In this document: positions 1-6,173 of the stretch, in pieces
Layout of the letters: every line of letters begins with the position of its first letter
Numbering within the stretch: the stretch's first letter is position 1
From: Escherichia phage VTCCBPA_211
DNA length: 64,000 bases
Sequence record: PP989838.1
Reading direction: 5' to 3' (one strand)
Program-made: the position numbers and the translations under genes
Notes under the pieces: model-generated
Seen by the model: the letters and a program-made list of their open reading frames with translations, nothing else
Told to the model about the DNA's origin: nothing
The model's database searches: none

Positions 1-243
1 GCGCTCGCCGCGTGTTTCTCAAAAAGGGGGAGTCCTCATTTAAAAAAAGGGTTATTGGCAATGCCTTTACCTTCCCTTTCAACGTTCCACCTTTCCCCGT
101 GCCTACTCCCCGTAATTATTCCCCCGTGTATACTACCCAATACATTACCTACCCGTTTATTTAGTTCCCCTTTACTGAGTGAGAGAAAGGCCAGCACTGT
201 ACAGGCCAACTGATTAGTCTGCTAATAATGCCATTAATGATGG

Positions 244-272
244 TTGACAGCTACAGAGTAGCGTCGTATTCC
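244..272 (+). promoter_or_regulatory. promoter-like element TTGACA-17-TATTCC; copy 1 of a ~29-bp direct repeat
   Basis: TTGACAGCTACAGAGTAGCGTCGTATTCC; near-identical copy at 467-493; perfect -35 but poor -10. Confidence 0.3.
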
Positions 273-466
273 CCCATAGTTACGTTGATAATAGTTTCAA
301 TAGTAATGATTATGAGTGCAATAATGATATATGTATTAATTAAGTGTATGATTGTATTTCTTTTAATTATTCTTTTAAGAATGATTGTTTTTATTTCTTT
401 TAATCTTTTCCTTTTTCAGCGTGCCTTTGTGAGCGTAGCGAACGTCTTTGATGTTTGAGTTAACGA

Positions 467-493
467 TTGATAGCTACGAAGTAGCGTTATACT
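467..493 (+). promoter_or_regulatory. promoter-like element TTGATA-15-TATACT; copy 2 of the direct repeat; candidate promoter for the 668-2040 operon
   Basis: TTGATAGCTACGAAGTAGCGTTATACT; good -10, short spacer; 175 bp upstream of the first RBS-preceded ORF. Confidence 0.35.
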
Positions 494-667
494 AATTATT
501 TAAGTGGTATATTATTACCGCACTATCTGGCTATGTTCCCCCGTGGTCTGTTCTGCGGTTGTATGCCCCGTCCTATATAGTAGAAATAGTTTACCCGTGG
601 TCGCTTGTCTTCCTTGTTAAGTAATAGTAAATTGAAGCCTATCAATTGAGTGATTGGAGTGATAGAA

Positions 668-841
668 ATGATTATTCTAGTAATGATGGCAATGGCTGTA
701 GTGTTTCCTTTACTTGTTCTGATCGTTTGTGAAGTAGTGGAATTGTTCACTGATAGCAAGTTAAGCCCAAGAAACAAACCTAGTAAGTTTGATGGCGCTA
801 CTTTTAGTAGAAAGAAAGTTAGAAAGATGGTTGCAATGTAA
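668..841 (+). CDS. small membrane protein (57 aa)
   Basis: ATG 8 nt after GGAG; hydrophobic N-terminus MIILVMMAMAVVFPLLVLIV then basic tail; inside track ORF 650-841. Confidence 0.4.
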   Translation: MIILVMMAMAVVFPLLVLIVCEVVELFTDSKLSPRNKPSKFDGATFSRKKVRKMVAM

Positions 842-894
842 GAAAGCGTGTCCTATTATATCCCTATCTGATACATATCAAAGAGGCTTCACAA

Positions 895-1386
895 ATGACT
901 AAACCAATGCAGATGATTAATCTGGCAAGTTATGCGCTAGTCGCCGCGATCGGTGTTAGCGCGCTGGTAACATCTCTTTCTGATAAGGCTATTGCTGGCC
1001 CTATTTCTGCAAATGATGCCGCTAGTGTTTTCGCTAGTTCCATCAATAAAGGTTGGATGATTTGCAATGGTGCGGATAGTGATGGAAGTGCCATTGTGTT
1101 AAAAGTGAAATTTAGCAACGTTACTAATGAGGGCGTTCTCTTTCAGTCTAAGACGTTGGACAATCAGCCGAACAATGATCTGGTACTCAAGCGCACTGAT
1201 AACGATGCGGATATGGTGACGTATGGCACTGTAAAACGTTATAAAGACGTTAAAGCTGTAACCAATCTAGTGAGTTATGGCCCGGTTAATCAGTCGATGA
1301 TTGCCACCACGGTTTACAATAACGCTGATAATGCTGTTTATACTGTTCACATTAATCTAGCCAACTGCATCAAGGCCAGTAAGTAA
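895..1386 (+). CDS. secreted/periplasmic protein with signal peptide (163 aa), function unknown
   Basis: RBS AGAGG upstream; signal-like N-terminus ..LASYALVAAIGVSALVTSLSDKAIA-GP; track ORF. Confidence 0.7.
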   Translation: MTKPMQMINLASYALVAAIGVSALVTSLSDKAIAGPISANDAASVFASSINKGWMICNGADSDGSAIVLKVKFSNVTNEGVLFQSKTLDNQPNNDLVLKRTDNDADMVTYGTVKRYKDVKAVTNLVSYGPVNQSMIATTVYNNADNAVYTVHINLANCIKASK

Positions 1387-1413
1387 ATAACCAATTTTCA
1401 GGAGTAACAAAAA

Positions 1414-1665
1414 ATGAGTAACGAAGCGATTAAATTATCCAGCGGTGTTTCTTGTTTTGTGTGTGATACTTTTATCTCGTTCGGCTTGGAAGAAGGTTGC
1501 GTTATAATCCCTACCGTTGCCTTTTGTTCCATGAGTTTTAGCGAGGCTAAAAGATGGCTCCAATTGGTGCGCATTGATATAAATCGCGATGACTTCCGTT
1601 CAATTTACAATGACGGTGGTTTGTCGCTTGCTGGTCTTCTGGATTGTGATTTGCCAAAATGGTGA
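1414..1665 (+). CDS. hypothetical protein (83 aa)
   Basis: RBS CAGGAG 9 nt upstream; tight spacing after previous gene; track ORF. Confidence 0.6.
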   Translation: MSNEAIKLSSGVSCFVCDTFISFGLEEGCVIIPTVAFCSMSFSEAKRWLQLVRIDINRDDFRSIYNDGGLSLAGLLDCDLPKW

Positions 1666-1670
1666 TAAAA

Positions 1671-1757
1671 ATGATTCATGATTATCTTTGGCGTTGCTTG
1701 TTCGTTGTTACAGTGGCGTTGTTCGTCGCTGATATGCTTTATTCTTACATCCTTTGA
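1671..1757 (+). CDS. micro-ORF, single-TM peptide (28 aa) MIHDYLWRCLFVVTVALFVADMLYSYIL
   Basis: Hand translation; GGTGA 5 nt upstream; first of four back-to-back hydrophobic mini-ORFs ending at a terminator. Confidence 0.35.
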   Translation: MIHDYLWRCLFVVTVALFVADMLYSYIL

Positions 1758-1766
1758 GGTCCGGTT

Positions 1767-1865
1767 GTGTTGTTTCTGTTTTTGTTTGCCATTGGCTTCA
1801 TTTCTTTAAATTATTTACTGATTGTTGCCGCTCTCGATGTTATTAATCTCACCATTAAAGGTTGA
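1767..1865 (+). CDS. micro-ORF, single-TM peptide (32 aa), GTG start
   Basis: GTG 5 nt after GAGG; ..LFLFLFAIGFISLNYLLIVAALDVINLTIKG. Confidence 0.35.
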   Translation: MLFLFLFAIGFISLNYLLIVAALDVINLTIKG

Positions 1866-1871
1866 TTGGCT

Positions 1872-1967
1872 ATGTGGTTTATTAGATTCGTCGTTAAAAC
1901 GGTTGTAGGCTTCTTTCTGGTCATTCTTCTGTTAGGTGTCCTTCTATCGGCTATGGGTAATGCTTAA
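1872..1967 (+). CDS. micro-ORF, single-TM peptide (31 aa) MWFIRFVVKTVVGFFLVILLLGVLLSAMGNA
   Basis: Hand translation; AAAGG ~10 nt upstream; stop overlaps the next start (ATGCTTAA). Confidence 0.35.
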   Translation: MWFIRFVVKTVVGFFLVILLLGVLLSAMGNA

Positions 1968-2040
1968 ATCCATAGGCTTAATCTTTCTCCTGTATTGTGC
2001 CGTGGTCATGCCTATGGTCATAATCTATCTGATGCTCTAA
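1960..2040 (+). CDS. micro-ORF, single-TM peptide (26 aa) MLKSIGLIFLLYCAVVMPMVIIYLML
   Basis: Hand translation; start overlaps the previous stop; terminator follows 10 nt later. Confidence 0.35.
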   Translation: MLKSIGLIFLLYCAVVMPMVIIYLML

Positions 2041-2050
2041 TCCTTCCTAT

Positions 2051-2079
2051 AAGCGCCGCTATGGCGCTTTTCTGTTTTC
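2051..2079 (+). terminator. rho-independent terminator
   Basis: AAGCGCC-GCTAT-GGCGCTT (7-bp stem) followed by TTCTGTTTTC. Confidence 0.7.
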
Positions 2080-2252
2080 TAAGGTGATTGTATTCCTTAC
2101 TCCCTTTTAGTTCGCTGTAGTGCGTTTTAGGCCGTTAAATATCGATTTACAAGCCGTTTCCTATGATGTACCGCGTGCGTGCGCTCTTTTACTCTCCCAC
2201 TATGAAAAAAGTTTAAAATATTTTGCTTTACCCTATTGCATCCCTCACTGAT

Positions 2253-2261
2253 TAATGTATA
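2253..2261 (+). promoter_or_regulatory. TAATGTATA element (putative phage-sigma promoter -10-like element)
   Basis: Exact 9-mer; one of five exact copies, all intergenic; followed by hairpin + boxA. Confidence 0.5.
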
Positions 2262-2295
2262 CTTCATTTCATCGGGTACGATGTAAAACATACAA

Positions 2296-2322
2296 GGCAA
2301 GAAATTGCCCCGCTCTTTAAAA
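2296..2322 (+). promoter_or_regulatory. boxB-like hairpin + boxA antitermination element (unit 0)
   Basis: GGCAA-GAAA-TTGCC directly followed by CCGCTCTTTAAAAA. Confidence 0.6.
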
Positions 2323-2359
2323 ATCAGGCTAGAAAGTGAAAATATTCTTAAAAAGAGTA

Positions 2360-2388
2360 TTGACACCAGAAAAAGCCTGATACATAAT
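2360..2388 (+). promoter_or_regulatory. strong sigma70 early promoter P1
   Basis: TTGACA-17 nt-CATAAT; A-rich UP-like tract upstream; start region CATAATTAGCACAC shared with P3. Confidence 0.75.
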
Positions 2389-2396
2389 TAGCACAC

Positions 2397-2432
2397 AGTC
2401 AGCGATGACTTGAAAAATCCCGCTCTTTAAAA
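2397..2432 (+). promoter_or_regulatory. boxB-like hairpin + boxA (unit 1)
   Basis: AGTCA-GCGA-TGACT hairpin, then CCGCTCTTTAAAAA at 2420. Confidence 0.6.
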
Positions 2433-2509
2433 ACTTATCATCTTGCCCTTTCGCACAGAATCACGCGAGAAAGAGGGATAGAAAAGAAAAGAAGATGATA
2501 AAAAAGAGA

Positions 2510-2538
2510 TTGCAAACGTGGTTAAAGTAGTTCATACT
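2510..2538 (+). promoter_or_regulatory. sigma70 early promoter P2
   Basis: TTGCAA-17 nt-CATACT; A-rich upstream tract (AAAAAGAGA) as in P1. Confidence 0.7.
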
Positions 2539-2652
2539 AACCACAAGTTAGCAAAACATCGCTAACTAGTTCCCAAATCAACGTATCGCGGGAAAGGTGG
2601 CACATAGTGCAGCGAGTAGTTCGGGATTAGGCGCCCCGTTAATGAATAAGTA

Positions 2653-2712
2653 AGCCTTTAATGATGCAGTGATTAGCAGACACTATAAAAGGCTAAAAAC
2701 GCTCTTTAACAA
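2653..2712 (+). promoter_or_regulatory. hairpin + consensus boxA (unit 2)
   Basis: AGCCTTT..AAAGGCT stem, then CGCTCTTTAACAA at 2700-2712 (rrn boxA is TGCTCTTTAACAA). Confidence 0.65.
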
Positions 2713-2814
2713 AATGAATCATGAGTTAAGCCTTATCGCTTAATCTTCAACCCAACAAAGCGGGTTGATATATCCTCCCAATAGAGGGAACGACGAAAAA
2801 GATTAAAAAAGTGG

Positions 2815-2843
2815 TTGACGGCGAAAACATCATGGTCCATAAT
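2815..2843 (+). promoter_or_regulatory. strong sigma70 early promoter P3
   Basis: TTGACG-17 nt-CATAAT; A-rich UP-like tract; CATAATGAGCACAC start region. Confidence 0.75.
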
Positions 2844-2904
2844 GAGCACACTCAAGCAAAACACCGCTTCAGTGAAAAGCGAAACAACGGCTTACAGTTG
2901 CGTA

Positions 2905-2944
2905 GTGTGAGAAAGCACACTGACAGATTTACCGCTCTTTAATA
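2905..2944 (+). promoter_or_regulatory. boxB-like hairpin + boxA (unit 3)
   Basis: GTGTG-AGAAAG-CACAC hairpin, then CCGCTCTTTAATAA at 2932. Confidence 0.6.
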
Positions 2945-3752
2945 ATTTAAACATTCTCCTATATCGGTTGCATATGCTGGAAGATAATAACCATCGGAAA
3001 GCATACCAGATAAAACGGTGTAAGGCCCCTAAACTATCAGGGTAAACAGTCTTACAATCCCTTAACTGGAAACGTCACCACTGTTAAACGGATTCATTGA
3101 GTACACGCAACGGCTTAAACTAATCGCCCACGGTTAAAGGGTAGCGGCGGCCATCGCTAACAAGGTGCTACAATGAAAGAAGTTTATCAGGGTAGGCAAG
3201 TCCGACAAATTAACGCCCAATTGAGGGCGGCGGGGGATGGTTAAAAAGTGGCAAATTGCTATTTAACAATAAGGTTTAATGCGAACGTTTACGATGTGAA
3301 CGGCTTGAGATTCGTCTTATGACGGAAGTACATAGTCGGGTTATGTAGTAAACCCGCCGAAAGATATAAAACGCCGGAATATTAGGCGGTCAATGATCTC
3401 TTTCCGCAATAACCTCCCGTAGTGGGCGATGGTTAGCGGTTAGGAGTTGGCACAAAGGATAAGCGGGAGCGAAAACAAAGTAGACGATATTGCCGACGGT
3501 TACAGCAATGTAATTAAATAGAGTCGGACGCATAGCCTTATTGTGATGATTGATCATCGCTATCAGGTCGGCTTCGTTTATAGCGACTAATTAAAGATAC
3601 CAGATGAAACATCACGGATAAGGGGGCGGCAAGGTTAACTCCTGATAAGACCGCCCCGCTTATCAATAATTACTTAACAATGAGTGGTTATCGATAAGTC
3701 AACAGTGACTTAAAAAGCTCATAGAGAGCGGGGCATAGTGCCCTTACAATTG
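2945..3752 (+). other. ~0.8 kb ORF-free transcribed leader / candidate structured non-coding RNA
   Basis: No ORF above 23 codons with an RBS; GC-richer than flanks; many hairpins and short repeats (TATCAGGGTA x2, AACGGCTT x3, GATAAG x5); downstream of 4 promoters with boxA. Confidence 0.3.
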
Positions 3753-3765
3753 AAAGGTGAATATC

Positions 3766-4665
3766 ATGGCTAAAATCTTTACTCTGGTTAACGAATCTGG
3801 TTTTAATGCTCTGGCTAACAATATCCGTAGCAATAATGCAGCGATCAAACAGGATGTTTCTAATTTTCTGTTAGGGCACTTACAGCACTTCCGTAGCAAC
3901 GGTAAAAAGTTAGACGTATTGCAGTCGGCGGTTGATTTTCTGTTAACCGAACGTTTCCGCGATATGGATGTTATTGCTACCGCAATCACTTTCTTAACTC
4001 CTATCAAGTTTAACACTGATGCGGCGAATGGTCGTAAGAAGTGGATTAATCTGGAAGGTGAAGCGAAAGCGAAAGAAGATGCGAAAGAAGCGCAAATTAA
4101 AACCAAAATGGAGCAAAACCGCGCTCGCTGGTCAAACGCTTTCGAAAACTTCGCGTTAGGTCGTGAAATTGAAGTCGATAACCCTAACTTCTTCAAAGGT
4201 TGCAATGACAACGTAGCGGCACACCTGCAAATTCCGGCAAAGAATAAAGAAGACTTTAACCAAGATATTTACGCTTTGGTTGAACGCTTGAATGCAATCC
4301 GTATTGAAGCCAAATTACTGGCTGATGAGCGCAACGGCGCAACCAGTGATAATACTATCGCCTTAAGTGAAGAAGTGGGCAAGGTTAAAAAGTCCTTTGA
4401 TTCACTCATCAAGAAAGTCACGGCATCGACGGTAGCGATCTCAGATGATTATCTGATGAACGCATCAAGCAAGGAGCTGGAATCACTCGATTCATACGCT
4501 GATGAAATGGAAAAGACTGTTGCAGCTATGCAGGAGAAGTTAGAAAGTCTGCGCGGTCGTATCTCTTCAACGGTTGCTACCCGTACCGAACAAGCTGCGA
4601 AAGAAGAAGAGGAAGAAGTATTGCGTAAAGCTGCTGAAATTATGGCGGCACGTCAGGCGGCATAA
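3766..4665 (+). CDS. hypothetical early protein (299 aa), C-terminal acidic coiled coil
   Basis: ATG 8 nt after AAAGG; first ORF after the boxA leader; strong terminator follows. Confidence 0.75.
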   Translation: MAKIFTLVNESGFNALANNIRSNNAAIKQDVSNFLLGHLQHFRSNGKKLDVLQSAVDFLLTERFRDMDVIATAITFLTPIKFNTDAANGRKKWINLEGEAKAKEDAKEAQIKTKMEQNRARWSNAFENFALGREIEVDNPNFFKGCNDNVAAHLQIPAKNKEDFNQDIYALVERLNAIRIEAKLLADERNGATSDNTIALSEEVGKVKKSFDSLIKKVTASTVAISDDYLMNASSKELESLDSYADEMEKTVAAMQEKLESLRGRISSTVATRTEQAAKEEEEEVLRKAAEIMAARQAA

Positions 4666-4687
4666 GTAAGACAATCTAAATAAACAT

Positions 4688-4722
4688 AAGGCGCTATCTT
4701 AACGGGTAGCGCCTTTTCTTTA
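4688..4722 (+). terminator. rho-independent terminator
   Basis: AAGGCGCTA-10 nt loop-TAGCGCCTT (9-bp stem) followed by TTCTTTAT. Confidence 0.75.
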
Positions 4723-4775
4723 TCAGTGCATTGATTCAGTGCATTAATCAAAGAATCTAATCAAAGGTGACGATC

Positions 4776-4994
4776 ATGTTAATTACACATACCACGATTT
4801 ATCGGAATCTTGTCAACGGTCAACATTACCGCCTATCTAAAAAGTATGGCGTTGAATGTAAATGCGTTATTACCGGTGAATGGTATCCGTCACCAATGAA
4901 GATTGAAACGTTGGAACGTGAAGCGATCAGCTATATTATCACGCAAGAAACAACGTTAGGCCGTATCTTAAGAAAGCTGGGATTGAGAAAATGA
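4776..4994 (+). CDS. hypothetical protein (72 aa)
   Basis: ATG 5 nt after AAAGGTGA; inside track ORF 4767-4994. Confidence 0.6.
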   Translation: MLITHTTIYRNLVNGQHYRLSKKYGVECKCVITGEWYPSPMKIETLEREAISYIITQETTLGRILRKLGLRK

Positions 4995-5215
4995 TATTCA
5001 GTAATAATTTTGGCAAGTGTCCTATTTGTGAGAAGCATCGCAGCACGGGAAACCATCGCAAGTGTAGTAAGATATTACAGCGCCAACGTGATAACAACCA
5101 TTGGGATACTGTGCACACTAACCAGCGTAAAGAAGAAGTTAGGAAAATGGCTGTTAAAGCGTCGTTTGCTCAATCAACCCGTATCGAACATATTCAAAGG
5201 TATCAAGCATTATGA
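4991..5215 (+). CDS. small basic protein with CPIC..H..H zinc-knuckle-like N-terminus (74 aa)
   Basis: ATGA start/stop overlap with the upstream gene; preferred over alternative frame 5010-5222. Confidence 0.55.
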   Translation: MIFSNNFGKCPICEKHRSTGNHRKCSKILQRQRDNNHWDTVHTNQRKEEVRKMAVKASFAQSTRIEHIQRYQAL

Positions 5216-5421
5216 TCACTAATATTTCAGAGTTTAAGAAAGCGCCATCTCGTTTGTTAGGTCGTCGTGTTATATATCTTTACAGCAATAAAGGTAAATG
5301 TACAACCGGACAAATTACAACGGTGAGTAGTACCAACAAAACATTACTAAAATTATGCGTAACTATGGATGATGGTACAATCCTGCTACGTAGTTGGAAG
5401 TCATTTAGTTTACTCGATTAA
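5212..5421 (+). CDS. hypothetical protein (69 aa)
   Basis: ATGA overlap with the upstream gene; track ORF. Confidence 0.55.
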   Translation: MITNISEFKKAPSRLLGRRVIYLYSNKGKCTTGQITTVSSTNKTLLKLCVTMDDGTILLRSWKSFSLLD

Positions 5422-5490
5422 GTTATTTGTTCAAGCCTATCGCCTTGGTGGGCTTGCCCGATATAACTTATCACTGAAAGGAGTGAGATT

Positions 5491-5934
5491 ATGGCTAAAT
5501 CTAAAATCAGTATGAAGGGCGGGCGTTGTTTTTCTATCTCTGAACTGGAGAAAGAGAAGCCGAAGGCAACCAATTACATTAGTAAGCGCAGTTTAAAACG
5601 TCGTGCTGCAAAGGCTGAAGCTGAATCCTATATCCCTTCTAGTGTGGCAAAACGTGTAGGTCATCGCGTCCATCGTGCTGATGCGTTGTTGTTAGCTGAT
5701 CATAAACGTTCTTTGTTAAAGAGCGGGGGAGCTAAAACAGAAGAAGAGAAGAAATTAGAAATATTCTGTAATGGTCGCACCCGTGGTAAACAGAAGTTTA
5801 AGGGTAGCACGAAAGACCCTCAGGCTTTCCCTAAGACAAGCCAGTGTGCACCTGATGTTTTCTACGCAGACAGTAAACACAAGTGGGGCGTTGAAAAATA
5901 CATTGACCCTATCAAAGAGGCGAGGGTTAAGTAG
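5491..5934 (+). CDS. highly basic protein (147 aa), function unknown
   Basis: RBS AAAGGAG 8 nt upstream; K/R-rich; track ORF. Confidence 0.7.
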   Translation: MAKSKISMKGGRCFSISELEKEKPKATNYISKRSLKRRAAKAEAESYIPSSVAKRVGHRVHRADALLLADHKRSLLKSGGAKTEEEKKLEIFCNGRTRGKQKFKGSTKDPQAFPKTSQCAPDVFYADSKHKWGVEKYIDPIKEARVK

Positions 5935-5950
5935 TAGGAATATATCCCCT

Positions 5951-5968
5951 CTTTTAGTACTATGACGC
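5951..5968 (+). repeat. conserved 18-mer CTTTTAGTACTATGACGC, copy 1
   Basis: Exact second copy at 11712-11729; both lie just after a stop codon, preceded by a pyrimidine tract; here followed by CGCTCTTT (boxA-like core). Confidence 0.6.
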
Positions 5969-6013
5969 TCTTTCTGTAGCGTCGTGCCCTCTCCCCATTT
6001 GAAGCTTCCGCAT

Positions 6014-6036
6014 AGCCGCCTTTGAGCGGCTTTTTG
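6014..6036 (+). terminator. rho-independent terminator
   Basis: AGCCGC-CTTTGA-GCGGCT followed by TTTTT. Confidence 0.65.
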
Positions 6037-6098
6037 CGTTGCTGTAAGTGCATTTGCGAGTGTATTTATAGCAACGGTCATGTGTTGCTTTCAGGTTT

Positions 6099-6126
6099 GC
6101 CCCGGCTACGGCTGGGGCTTTTTTAT
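6099..6126 (+). terminator. rho-independent terminator (UACG tetraloop)
   Basis: GCCCCGGC-TACG-GCTGGGGC (8 bp, one G-U) followed by TTTTTTA. Confidence 0.8.
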
Positions 6127-6173
6127 GCCCGTAAAACAGGAGGTAGCAAGTTCTGATAACAACGGCACAGCTA

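Noticed and set aside
228-458. Track ORF of 76 aa, extremely hydrophobic and AT-rich
   Set aside because: It has no SD. It spans the promoter-like repeat at 244 and an AT-rich tract, and its composition looks like translated AT-rich non-coding DNA.
2127-2366. Minus-strand 79-aa ORF in the promoter/boxA region
   Set aside because: It lies antisense to the TAATGTATA element, a boxA cassette and the -35 of promoter P1. It has no RBS, and there are no other minus-strand genes within 42 kb.
3744-4211. Minus-strand 155-aa ORF
   Set aside because: It is an antisense shadow of the well-supported plus-strand gene 3766-4665. The same applies to the other opposite-strand or alternate-frame track ORFs that lie inside long genes: 8643-9050, 18066-19157, 23211-23442, 45175-45790, 57071-57256, 61570-61824 and others.
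5010-5222. Alternative-frame 70-aa ORF
   Set aside because: It competes with 4991-5215, which is translationally coupled (ATGA) on both sides.
5951-5968. Reading the conserved 18-mer as a sigma70 promoter with TACTAT as the -10
   Set aside because: Neither copy has a plausible -35 or a TGn extended -10. In copy 1 the predicted start would fall inside the following boxA-like core. The element is kept as an unexplained conserved element instead.
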